Source: Plasmodiophora brassicae (taxonomy: Eukaryota). From it: a DNA stretch of 64,000 nucleotides. The stretch's first letter is position 1, and each line of letters begins with the position of its first letter. Below the pieces are notes generated by a model, which did no database searches, had not been told where the DNA came from, and saw only the letters and a list, made by a program, of their open reading frames with translations. Location of the stretch: contig CP145419.1 in NCBI GenBank assembly GCA_036867785.1, positions 558,001 through 622,000 on the forward strand, written 5' to 3'. This document shows positions 37,388 through 51,314 of this stretch, one piece after another. Both the position numbers and the translations under genes were made by a program.

Positions 37388-39910
37388 CTAGATGAAGTAC
37401 ATCTGCGATCCGGTGCGGCCCATGACGGTCGGGATGCCCGAGCTGGCTGACGCAGACGACGTGTCGGACGACGATCCGGACTGGAACTCGTACTCGTCGG
37501 CCTTGGAATGGAAACGGGCGCGGAATGCCGCCAGGTGCGCGTAGTACGCCGCGGGGACGAGCGACACCGAGCGTGTACAGCGCGCGTACATGTAGCACTG
37601 GCGGTAGGTCAGGTCCTGCAGCAGGTCGGGCGTGAACCCGTTCTCGTCAAAGATGACGTGGTAGTGCGTCGGGCGCGACGTGCCCTGGATGCCGCCGTGC
37701 GCCACGAGGTAGAAGTCGAACTGGCGCGGGTGCACAACGGCCGTGTCGACGACGGTGCCGGCGGGCACGTTGCCGGAGCGGTCCGCTTCGCGTGACGACT
37801 GCGGCGTGCAGAAGAAGCGGGCGTGGTGCCGTTTCTGGACAATGACGAACGTGATCTTGGGCGTGTACCCGGACTCGAGCTCGTTGCAGGCCTCACGAAG
37901 CGCGTTCAGCTCGTACTTCAGGACGTGGTCGAACTGGCCCTCGGACACACCATCGCGGTAGAACAGGATGCGTTCCGGTTTCTTGCCGCGCGTCGCCTGG
38001 TAGAACCGCTTCAGCAGGTTCATCGCCATGCCCTTCAGGTCCTGGATGATCTCCTGGCGGTTCTTCTGCGCGCGCGTCTCACACTCGTAGCGGAACGGGT
38101 ACGCGTCCATGCTGGCGACGACGGCCGCCAGCGACGGCAGCTTCGAGAACGGGGCGGCGTGCGTCACATCAGCGCCGAACACGATGGCCGGCTTGCTGAA
38201 CAGGAACTGCGTCGACGGCGACGAATCCAGGATACTGTTGATGCCACCAACACGGGCGTTGATCTTGAGCAGGATGTTGCGCGCATACATCGGGTCGGCC
38301 TTCTGGACGTGCTTCGACAGCATGCACTGCGACGGGACGTCAATGACCGTGTCACAGACACGCTTGATCTCGCCGTACGCCGACGGGTCCGAGAACGGGA
38401 GAATGATCATCAGCAGCTGGCACTGGCCTTTGGCCTGGTCCTCGACCTGCTTGACGGCCTTCATGATGATGTCCTGGTAGCCGCTCGGGCGCCCACGCGG
38501 GCACGGGATGATGACGGGACGCTGGAACATGATGCCCATGTCCTTCGCGGTGGCGTTCAGCATCTGCAAGAAGTTCATGACCTCGTTCTCACGAGCGCGC
38601 TGCTCGAGAACCAGGACGCCCCAGCGATCGACAGCCGGCGTCGTGTACATGTGCGCGTCCCTGAACTGCCAGGCGCCAAGCTTGGGCACCACGAACTTCT
38701 GCTTGCTGCGCTCCTGGTTGTACGCAATACGAGGTGGGTCGAGAACGCGCCCGTCAATCTGGACCATGCTGGTTTCCACTTTGATGCCAAAGTCAGCTAG
38801 TGCGGGGTCGTTCGGGTAGCTGCGTTCAGCAACCGCCTTGTTGACCGAGTCCAAACGGATGTTCGGCTTGGCGGCCGTCTTCTTGATCATGGCCGCCGTC
38901 TGCGCCGGCGCCAGCTTCTTGGCGATACGTTCGCCAGCGACAATGTCGCAGACTTCCATCGGCAGGCGCGCACCGTTGCTCTTGTTGCCCACAATCAACA
39001 GCGGCAGGTTCGGGTACTTCAGCTTGACCTGGTAACGCTCCTCAAAGTACTGCGCAACGTTCACCTTGCGAAGCTTCCCGTTCTCCTCAATGTCGAACAC
39101 GAACTCCAACGCATTCTGCTTGTCAATGTCGTGCACGCGGTACTTGCGCTTCTGTCCAGCGCGGTGCTTAGCGCAAACCTTCACACCAGCCAGCTCGGCG
39201 CGGATGGCCGTGCGGCTCGACTCGTCGATCTGCTCCAGCGGCTTCCTCGTGACCGATGCAATCAGGTCCGTCACCGCCTGGGCACGATGGAAACAGGTGG
39301 CGGCCACGTCCAGGTTGACGAGCAGGCGGCCGTGCGCGGGACGAAGCGACTGATGGTAACCGAACCAGATCTCCGCGCCAGCGTCCAGCGGCGCCGTGTT
39401 CCGGCCGGAGAAGAACGACGAGCCGATGGTCGTGCACGTCGAAATCGGCGTCGTGCGAAGGACGACATCGAGCGCCTGCACGCAGTCCTGCGGAATGTCG
39501 AGGTCGCCGCCCTTCAGGAATTCGTGCAGCGTCGCCATGTTGACGACGGCAACATGCTCGAGCTTGACGGTGAACTTGTCGCGACGGTCAGGGACATCGA
39601 CAGTCTCGACGCGCGACTGCCAGGACAGCCTCTTCGGGTAGTACATCGTGGCTTCGCCGTCGTAGGCGAACGTCAGGCGCCCCTCGAACAGGTCAGGGAC
39701 GTTGTCGCGCAGCGCCGCCATGACGATACGGTTGACGGCCTTGGGCACGGCCGGCGTGATCTGCACGTTGTACATGTGCAGGTCGGCCGACGGCAGGCAG
39801 GTGACCGCGAAGAAGTTGCTATACAGAGGGATACGGCGGCCACGCGTGCCGGCGCCCTGCCTGACTGGCATGTACGCCGGGCTCGACGTGACCAGCTCCA
39901 TCCCGCTCAT
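37388..39910 (-). CDS. AGO: Argonaute, 840 aa, intronless (copy 2, tandem paralog)
   Basis: Same domain set and intact DEDH tetrad; collinear with copy 1. Confidence 0.98.
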   Translation of the reverse strand: MSGMELVTSSPAYMPVRQGAGTRGRRIPLYSNFFAVTCLPSADLHMYNVQITPAVPKAVNRIVMAALRDNVPDLFEGRLTFAYDGEATMYYPKRLSWQSRVETVDVPDRRDKFTVKLEHVAVVNMATLHEFLKGGDLDIPQDCVQALDVVLRTTPISTCTTIGSSFFSGRNTAPLDAGAEIWFGYHQSLRPAHGRLLVNLDVAATCFHRAQAVTDLIASVTRKPLEQIDESSRTAIRAELAGVKVCAKHRAGQKRKYRVHDIDKQNALEFVFDIEENGKLRKVNVAQYFEERYQVKLKYPNLPLLIVGNKSNGARLPMEVCDIVAGERIAKKLAPAQTAAMIKKTAAKPNIRLDSVNKAVAERSYPNDPALADFGIKVETSMVQIDGRVLDPPRIAYNQERSKQKFVVPKLGAWQFRDAHMYTTPAVDRWGVLVLEQRARENEVMNFLQMLNATAKDMGIMFQRPVIIPCPRGRPSGYQDIIMKAVKQVEDQAKGQCQLLMIILPFSDPSAYGEIKRVCDTVIDVPSQCMLSKHVQKADPMYARNILLKINARVGGINSILDSSPSTQFLFSKPAIVFGADVTHAAPFSKLPSLAAVVASMDAYPFRYECETRAQKNRQEIIQDLKGMAMNLLKRFYQATRGKKPERILFYRDGVSEGQFDHVLKYELNALREACNELESGYTPKITFVIVQKRHHARFFCTPQSSREADRSGNVPAGTVVDTAVVHPRQFDFYLVAHGGIQGTSRPTHYHVIFDENGFTPDLLQDLTYRQCYMYARCTRSVSLVPAAYYAHLAAFRARFHSKADEYEFQSGSSSDTSSASASSGIPTVMGRTGSQMYFI

Positions 39911-40150
39911 GGCGCTGTCGACGCGTCTGCAGCCGCGCCCAGACGCCACAGTCTATCCAAAAAATGACAGCGACCGACGAACGCGGACAGCAGCAATGCG
40001 TCACGCACGCACCCACACAAACTCCGCGGCGATTGACCGAATGCCGGGCGTTATTCGCGTGGAGAGACGGCGTCTCCACAGGGCTTGGCTGCAGCGAGAC
40101 ACGTGTCTGAACCCTGCCACGGGGAGTCGATACAGACACATATGCTGTAA

Positions 40151-42478
<2,328 letters not shown>

Positions 42479-42530
42479 AAGCAAGAAGTAAACTCTCATT
42501 GTGCGGTTCCTTCATCCATAACAAATGCGA

Positions 42531-44155
42531 TCACTGCGGGTGCCGATGCGCACCCAGACGCCATGGCGGGTACTCTGCCTCCGTCAGCTTCTCTGCCGGT
42601 TCAGCGTCTGCCAGGTCCTCATCTTCGTCCAGCGGATCCAGATACTGGTCGATCAGCTGGTTTGCTTCGCGTTGCAGGTCTTCGCGAACGAGCCGCAGGT
42701 CTTCCAGGACCTGCTGGCCGTCATTGTCGCGAAGGGCTTGCACTGCGCCGTTCCCTGGAGCGGAATTCAGGGCGAGTTTGACGAATTTAAACCCGAGCTC
42801 GGCCGCTTCGCCATCCTGAACGCTACGGCCAGTGTAAGTTCATACGCAACAGCGAAGGCACAAGCCGCGTACCGCATGAGGTTCAGGAACTCGTCGAGAA
42901 CTTGGCAATTCCAGATGCGCTCGAAGAAGGGTTGTACACGGGCGAGGTTGTAGAGAGCGAACCCGCACTCCTTCTTGATATCGAACGTCGCCTGGCGGAA
43001 GAGAGTGACGATCTTTGGAACCAGGTCGGCGTTGACCACGGCGACAGCATGGGACGGTGCCCCGCCGCATATGTTTGAAATTGCCCACATCGCCTCCTTG
43101 ATCAGCGCGGGATTCTCGTCGTTCAGTGACTCGCCAAGACGGTTGACGAATCCCTCCTGCTCCAGAAGCGCTTCGCAAAGCTCGTCAGGACCGCTGACGA
43201 CGTTGCCAATGCAACGCAGGGCGGCCAAGCGCGAGTCTTTAACGGATCGTTCGTTCTCCTCATTGGGCTTCAAGCACAGTGTATCGTACAAGATCTGCCC
43301 CAAACCGATGTCAAGCAGGAATGACGAATGCCTGCTGTCGCCCGCCGTCAGATACGTGCATATCCACAGCAATTCGGCAAGAACCTGGGCCATCCAGACA
43401 TCTCATTCCCGAGCCGTCAACCGGAACACCAAACGACCGACCTGTATCCTCCCATTGGCAATCGCTGAGCGGGCAAGGTCGACCAGCACCTTTGGTAGCC
43501 GCGACTCGACGATGGACCGGAGCTCCTCGGGCGGGTTGTGCCCGCGAACCAGATTGCACAGCGCCCAGGCGGCAATGCGCGCCATCTCGACCGATTTGGC
43601 GTTCTGCAATACGGTCAGCATGATATCCAGCGCGCCGAGTTCCCGCAATCGGTGTCGGGTGCCCGGGTTGTCGGCGGCCAGATTCGCGATCGTCCAGGCG
43701 GCAGCTTTCATACCAGGCAACTGGTTCACCAGTCGATGTAGCAGAATCGGGGCGACACCGTCCACGAGAACGACAGCGTCAAAGCCGTGCGCGAGGACGT
43801 TAAGACACCAAAGAGCTTCCTCGGCGATGGCCGCATTAGTCGAGTCCAGCGCGATGATCGAGGTCAGCGCTGGAATGACCTCGGGCGTGGGCGGTTGCTC
43901 TCCCAGCAGGTGCCGCAAGGTCTGCAGCGCGGCCAGGGCCTGTTCCGGTTGCGACAGCGCCGACACGCACTGCTCGATCGTCAGCGGCGACTCGGGCAGG
44001 GCATGGGGGATCGGGCGGGCGCGCTTCGCCGACACCAACTTGGCGCGCGCGTCGCGCCGCAACTCTTCCGTCATCCGCGTCCGCCGCGACCGATTGTGCT
44101 CCGCCGACGCCGTCGGCACCGCCTTCAGCGAACGATGCGTCGCCGGGGCGCTCAT
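42531..44155 (-). CDS. Importin-alpha-like armadillo repeat protein, multi-exon
   Basis: IBB-like RSRRTR..EELRRDAR..KRAR; ARM motifs AAWTIANLAAD, AAWALCNL, ALRCIGNVVSG, KEAMWAISNI and KECGFALYNL. Confidence 0.85.
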
Positions 44156-44634
44156 GGTCGACGATTCGGTGCGTGTCGAGTGTCGACCGACACGTGCAGC
44201 TTCTCGCACTTCGCAGAATCGGCCCAAAAGTCGTCGCCGACCTGCTTTTGCCGCGCACTCCGTCTCGTCCACAGGCGACTTCCACAACAGCAGCGGCCAG
44301 GCGACCAAGACGTCCCAGCCCCCGAGCAGGCACCAGCAGCGACAGGAGCAATTGCTTCTCTGGTGGTGACGGTAACGCCATGTGTTACGACGCTGTTTGC
44401 ATTAGCTGTCGCAAAGGGAGTTGCCCGCATGTTTTCCGCACAGTGGTATATAGGTACTGTACCTCGGTTCGCACACATATACGAGCCGTGAGGCGCTTCC
44501 TCCTCTGGTTGGCTGCGCGTTATTGTGGGTGATCCTTCTGCTTCTCGAAAACACTTTGCTGGCGGCCGTGCAGTTCGCAGCCGCGCCATGTGTGGAAGGT
44601 CCGCGGGCAGTCCGTGGCAAGCGTTGCGGCGATC

Positions 44635-45072
44635 ATGTCGAGGTAGGTGTTGCCTGCCGCGTTGATTGCGCTAGGGCTGACTGGCGGGGTGCTGCCGCGT
44701 AGCCGACCGGAGGATGACAACCAGGAGAGGGAGGAGGATTTCAGCACCGGGCCGCTGTCCGTTCTCCACCATTCGATGGTCAACAACACGCAGGTGCTGA
44801 TCAACCTTCGTAACAACCACAAACTGCTCGGGCGAGTAAAGGCCTTCGATCGCCATTGCAATATGGTTCTGGAACAGGTCGGTGTGTCCTGCGTGCTCCG
44901 TATCGTAAGTATTACTGACAGCACGCTTCCGCAGGTCCACGAGATGTGGACCGAGCACGGCAAGTCGGGCAAGGGCAAGAAATCGGCCCGCGCTGTCAAC
45001 AAGGACCGGTTCATCAGCAAGATGTTCCTCCGGGGCGACTCGGTCATCATCGTCCTGCGCAACGTCGTCTAA
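44635..45072 (+). CDS. SNRPD2: Small nuclear ribonucleoprotein Sm D2, 3 exons
   Basis: [35 protein letters not shown] and [15 protein letters not shown]. Confidence 0.96.
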
Positions 45073-45158
45073 CTGCCGCTTGGTGTATCCTCCAATACAT
45101 AACAAGTGACGGGCCCTACGACTCCTAGGGTCGCATTATTATGACCTTCATTTGAAGG

Positions 45159-46680
45159 TTAAACGGAATAGGTTACGTGCGAGCGTCTTGCACCGATGCC
45201 ATCTGTTATGTCACGATGGCGTCTCCTGACGATGCGCATGGTATCCAGGAGGAACTGGTCGGCTGCGACGCCTCGTTTCGTGACGCATTCGTCGAACAGG
45301 TCCTGGGCTAGATCGTAGCGATTGGCGCGTGCCAAGGCGATCACCATGGACGGGATGGCGAATAGTGGAACTCGCCGCTTCGCAGACTTGTAGGTGAGAC
45401 CATATACGCCCAGAGCTCGTAGCGCGCCACGAACGCAATCCGGGTCCCGGGCGCATGCCAGCGCCAGGATGGAGATAGTGAACGCGTCGAACCCGACCAT
45501 GGAGTTCTGCCAGAGCTCAAAGACGGCGGCCGACGAGCGGTGTGTTTGTACGGCGGCCATCAGCATGATGTTCATCGTGCACGGGTTGATAGAAATCGAC
45601 TTGCATTCCTCGATCAGTCCAACGGAGATGTCGACCCGGCCGGCAATGTTGCATGCCAGGAGGACGTCGTTCAACGTGCGCGTATCGGCCGCACATCGAC
45701 GCAGGCAGTCTCGAAGCGTCTCCGGGTACTCCCACAGGCACTGGACCAGCGTCTTCATCGCCAGTCTGGATATCCACCGGTCGCCGTCCAGAACGTCCTT
45801 TAGCATTTCAACGACGACGTCGTGGCGTCGAGCGGCGGCGGCAGCCGTCAGCACGCGGTCCCAGAAGAGCGGCGGTGAGTCCCTTATGCGATCGACGTCG
45901 ATCGGCAGCCCTCGAGCAAGGTTGCATGCGAGAACGAACGTGAAGATGGCCGGCGAGTCAGAAATGTCGGGTACAGGGCGGGGTCGGATGCTGTCGCAGG
46001 CCTGGCTACTGCGGAACAGCGAATATATCGTGGTTGGATGGGGGCGAACGTTTCGCAGCACCGCCGATGCAACGACGAGCCAGGCGAATCGATGCCTGTG
46101 CGCCACAAGAGCGGCACGCGACAAGGCGTGTACGACGAACGAGCACTTGGGAAGGCGGAACTCGCGGCAGACCACCATGACGTCCGACAAGCGACCTTTC
46201 TTGGCGCACGCTCGCAGCAGGCCATGAATGCTCTCGGTGTCGATACGCCAGCGTGCCTGGTGGGATCAGGTTCAGTCCGGGATGACGGAATCGACATGGC
46301 GCTGGACTTACCCGAGGCAGGTACCGAAGTGACAAGTCGACGTCGCCGGTCTTGCACCCGTAGCGGATGAGCGGGATGGCCGTCACGAACGTCGCGCGTA
46401 TCTCGGCGACGCCCATGGCAGCGTTCAGTGCACCGCACTGCAAATGCAGGTTCATCATAGCAGCGAGGAGGCTGGTCGGCACCAGGTTGCCGGGCGTCTC
46501 GCCGACGACGCGGTCGAAGACGGCGATGCAGGCGCGCGGGTTCTCGTACGCAAACGGCTGGCGCAACGCGAACAACAGGACCGATATGGTCTTCACCGAG
46601 TCCAGCAGCGGCCCACCGGGCCATCGTCGCGGCGCAGGCCCGAACCACGCGTCCAGGCTGAATATCGACGGGAGACGCAT
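45159..46680 (-). CDS. PPR-like alpha-solenoid protein, probably 2 exons
   Basis: Degenerate 35-aa helical repeats (RTLNDVLLAC, CTMNIMLMAA, FTISILALAC, SMVIALARANRYDLAQDLFDEC..GV.AD). Confidence 0.6.
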
Positions 46681-46888
46681 CCGCGCATGGGGGGCGGCTC
46701 CCTATCCCATCGACCTGTTGTCGCGGCGCACTCCGTTGTCCCTGCGCTCAGGCAGCCAAGTCGTCTCGCCGCCATGATTGGCATTTTAGGGGACGAACGC
46801 CAGTGGCATCCGCACCGGCGGAATGGCCTGGAGCCGCAACTGATTCTGCGTCCGCTGTGACGTCGACGACGGTAACGTGTGGGCAGTT

Positions 46889-48249
46889 TTACACATGTCG
46901 TGCCGCGTACGAATCCAGCAGGTTCTCAACGGCGTCTCGAGCCGTCTGGTCAAACATCATCGGCAGTGATCGCCGGACGAGGTTGATGATTTGGCCGTGG
47001 GACAGTTGGAACGCGCGCGCCGCACGAATGTACTCGAGGGTCGACGTCGATCGAAACACGGTCGGGTCGTCCGTGCAGATGCAAACGGGGGCATCGGCGT
47101 CCAGCAACAAATGTTTCAACGGATGGTCATGATACGGGCACAGGCACGGTGCTGGTTTCCCGTTCGGTTCCGTGAACACCTGAACGTGAAATCAGCCCGG
47201 TGCCCGAGGCATACGCGCTGCCATCGCTGACAAGTACATTACACAATGAGCAAATCGGATGGGAGCACGTCCCGCCAGAATGACAGCATCTGCATGCCTG
47301 TTCCGCTGGAAATGTCGCAACGTTCGACGTTAAACAGATTTCCACCGGAATGCGCCTCTCCCTGATACTGGCCATAGTCCTTGGATCGACGTGAAACGCG
47401 TGCCCAAGGCGATCGGGATTGATGGCCAGAATCCTGTGCAGTTCATCGACGTTCCAGTACTCGCCAAAGTGAACTGTTAATGGGTACTCCGCAGGACGCG
47501 TTTGAAGGACATCAAGCAGGCGTTGGAATCGGACGTCATCGTGCTTCGGCGAACAAGGATTGCCACTGAGGTCAACGCCAACTATAAGAGGGTGCTTGAA
47601 CGACTCAAGGAACTGAATGGCGAATCAGAAAACAGTTCAACCAGAGGCGTTCCCGAACCTTGATTGCGTCACGAGCATCGTCGATGCATTTGGACCTGTC
47701 GATACTAATCAAGAATCGGACCGCTATTCCAGACAGGTCGGGGCGCTGCATGCACTCGCTCATCGCTGCTACGACACACCTAACTAAAGATAAGAACGGC
47801 TGCTGCGTACCATGACACGAGAGGAAGGTACTGGATGTAGTCGGCTTTCGAGTGAGTGCCCAAGGCGCGAGGAGTAGAGCGAAGCTCTGCACAAAGATAA
47901 GCGTGCGGAACCTTACTCGCACGTAGCATCGGCGCATACCAAGGTACACGACGTTGTCGGCATGGAAATCTTCAATCGCCTCGATGACAACCCGCCGGAG
48001 TCGTGCCAGGTCGGACACGGTCGCATGAATCAACGGAAACACGGCAAAGGCACCGTCCAAGCCCTGCACGTCACTAACGCTCCTCCCGGCCCACTCCGCG
48101 AGCTACCTGGCCGTCAGTGACCTGCACGCGCCTACGAATAATAATCCGTCACCGACCGTCTCCCTTCGAACGCACCCGTGCAAATGCGCATGCAGCTCGA
48201 CTTTTGGTAACGCTTGACAGAACGTCACCAAGTCACGGCTGCCCGCCAT
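46889..48249 (-). CDS. ADAL: Adenosine deaminase-like protein (ADAL/N6-mAMP deaminase family), multi-exon
   Basis: LPKVELHAHLHG, DFHADNVVYL, GVDLSGNP, TVHFGE, RLGHA, PVEICLTSN and ICTDD. Confidence 0.9.
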
Positions 48250-48419
48250 CTACCTACTGGAGACGTGGACGCGGTGGTGGTGGTGTTGGTGGCGGGTCGA
48301 TTTGCCGGGGCCACATGATTTTTTGCGTGCGGCCGCGACCATCCTTTTTTTGCTGGAAACAGAGCAGTGAGCCCAGTGACGCAGCTGCTGCCAGGAGAGA
48401 GTCCCGCAGTCGAGGCGCG

Positions 48420-49416
48420 ATGAGCGCCAGGTCGGCGTGTGCCTGCAATCATTCGGTTGCGCCCCGTTGTGCTGACAGTGCGGGTACGTAGGTCGTGCCA
48501 TCCGAAGGCAGCGCTGAATGTGTTCCGGGGCGGGAAGTTCTACAAGCAAGTGGCGATCGGCGCCAGCGACAGCATGACGTTCGGCAGGGACGAGTTCAAG
48601 TGCGATCACGTCCTGGTGCATCCGTCGGCGTCGGATATCCACGCAATGTTCACGCACGATGAGCACGGCCATCTGCAATTGATCGATCTGGGTAGGCGAA
48701 CGGGCTGGGTCGATTTGTCGAACGACGTGGGTTGATTGTGAATCAGGCTCCGAGCACGGGACATCGGTTGGCGACGAACGGCTGCCTGCGAATAGCCCTC
48801 GGACCCTTGCCGACGGTGACGTGATCAAGTTTGGCGAGTCGACCCGGAAATATGTCCTTTCGTTAGAAGGGAATTTGCCCGAGAAGCCAGGCCGACCGTC
48901 GGATCTAGCGTAAGAACTGTCGTCTGATTCACACCAAGCCCTGTAACCGAACGCATCGGACAGCAGGGAGTCGTCGTCGAACGGCAACGCGAAGAAGCGC
49001 AGACGAGAGCCTGATGAGAGTCCCCCGGAGCAGATTCGCGCCAGCCATATCCTTGTGAAGCATGTGGGCTCTAGAAACCCGTCGTCGTGGCGTGAGAAGG
49101 ATATCACGCGTTCCGAGGACGACGCGCTCCGTGCAATAACATCGTTTCGGAAGGCGATCGTCTCGGGTGACAGAACATTCGAGGACATAGCGAGATCGGA
49201 GAGTGACTGTTCCAGCCACTCCAGAAGCGGTTAGCATGGTCGCGTCCTGGTCGCGTTGCTCGATAGTCTGACACATTATCAGGTGATTTGGGTAAATTCG
49301 CGAAAGGGAAGATGCAAAAAGCCTTCGAAGAAGTCGCATTCTCGCTGAAGATCAGCGAGCTCAGCGGTCCCGTATTCACTAACTCTGGCATCCACCTGAT
49401 CAAGAGAACAGGATAA
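48420..49416 (+). CDS. FHA-domain + parvulin peptidyl-prolyl isomerase (Pin1-type catalytic domain), multi-exon
   Basis: [36 protein letters not shown]. PPIase: [45 protein letters not shown]. Confidence 0.9.
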
Positions 49417-49721
49417 GTACATTGCCGTATTGGTTCACGCCAGTCCGTTCTCACTGTACCCATGGTGGAACGCTGTGAAACGGCCAGACAGAACGAGATG
49501 TCGTTCTTCAAAGGTCGTGCGTGTAGGTTTTACGCTGCTGGGAAGCGCGGCGTATTACCAATGCGAGCTCGTCCGCACTGGCAGTAGATATGCTGGGTGA
49601 ACGATGGCATTTTAACGGCCTTCCTGTTTGTCTGCCTAAATCTTATGTGTACCTACCAGCAACAACGAGGTGCTCTTCACCACGTAATAGAGTAGCGACG
49701 ATGATGATACTGTGCAGGCCT

Positions 49722-51178
49722 TTATTTGAGGGTATCCCCCGTTGCTAGCGTGGGCAGTGCCAGTGTCCTGGGGTCGTACATGGAGTCGCCCGTTGTGAGA
49801 GTCGTCACCTTCAGGTAGTTGGGCGCAGGCCACTGCTCCCTATTGTTCACGTGGCGGTGGGCATGTGCCATCCGGGTCTGGCGCTTCGGCCGCAGCGCGA
49901 TGCATAGCAAGCACAGCATGAACAGGCTGCATCCTACAATGACGATAATCGTGAACCGGCTGGAATATGCACCTGCCGCGGTGGACGCTGCTGCCGATAC
50001 TGGCGCCAGCTTTGTCGTAGGGAAGCGAGGCTGCGATGCTAAACGGGCCCGAGAGCCCCCGGTTGTGGACACGGCTTGCGGTGGCTTGGATTGGGCGTTT
50101 GGTGCTCTCATGACAGATGCTCGTGCTCGTGGACCTGGTGCGCTCGCCGTCCTACGGGAGATGTGGCTAGGCGCGCGCGACCGTGCTCGGCTGCCCGAAA
50201 TGGTTCTTTCAGGCGTGCTTCTGGGTGCCGGGCGCTCACCGGCCCAAGAGGTGGACAAAACCAACGCGTCGTTGGGTGCCCCGTAATGGGTCGATCTGCC
50301 ATGACGAGGCACGGTCGCTAACGTTGAACGACCGGAGCTGGTGGTTGGTCGACGCGTCTGTCCTCTTCGGGTCTGCCTGGCAGGGTTCGGGACAGCAGCA
50401 GGCGTCGTGCACAGGCCATTGACGCATACGGGATACGAAGACGGGCACGTCCCTTGTGTGCACGACGAGTTTGTCGGCGAAGCAGTATACGGGCTAGCGT
50501 TCGAGGTGTAGTCGTCGAACCTGACGAATTTAACGGAAGGGCTTCAGTTTGCCGCTGTAAACGCCAGCGAATCGTCACGTTGACCGACATGCAGACGTAA
50601 ACGTCCTGTGAATACTGAGGCAAGCACGCCGCCGCCGCCTGCTCGCCGCACCCGACGCTGGTCGCGGCATCATTGACGATCACGTTCCAGTCGTTGTCGC
50701 ATGCACCTGGCCCGTGCAAGCACGAACAGGCCAGGGCGCCTGCGACGATCTTGCACTGCCACTGGAGCCTCTACGAGTGCCAGGCCCCGGTCAGCACATA
50801 CGTTCGGACCCGGGCCTGACCATTGGCGCGCCCGACCTGAACCAGGAAGTTGCCTTCAATGACGTCAAGGATACCCTGCGACCCATAGCTAGGGTACTCG
50901 GCGTCGCCGATGTAATTCGAGCATCCGGCACACGTCGGGTTGGACCGGAAACCGCCATTGCATTGCGTCGATGCATAACGTGCCGCTGAAGCAGCCAGGC
51001 TGGCGTTCCATTGCAGCTGGACCATCCTGCTGGCGGTCGGAACGACTCTGGAACGGACGCTGTTCAGCAGGCGCAGGATCTGCTCCTGCGTGACGCCGTC
51101 GATGAACGCCGTCGAGACGACCGGCAAGAGGACGAACGACAGGATCAGGTGCGCGTGGATAGCATTCGTCTTCTTCAT
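49722..51178 (-). CDS. Receptor-like CAP (SCP/PR-1) protein, copy A (divergent cytoplasmic tail)
   Basis: Signal peptide MKKTNAIHAHLILSFVLLPVVSTA; LNSVRSRVVPTASRMVQLQWNASLA; VGCG; CTQGTCPSSYPVCVNGLC; TM FTIIVIVGCSLFMLCLLCIAL. Confidence 0.85.
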
Positions 51179-51314
51179 CCCATCGACAGCGGGCTCGACT
51201 GGAGATAGTACGGTTGGGTCGTTTGGAAATCCCGCACATTGGTAGAATCTAGGCGCACGAATGTATGCAGATGTAGGTGCCGAGGGATCCGGCTTTGCTG
51301 AGAACTGGTGCCCA

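Noticed and set aside
34393-39910. Prokaryotic Argonaute defence operon interpretation
   Set aside because: The sequences are typical eukaryotic AGO-clade proteins among spliceosomal-intron genes
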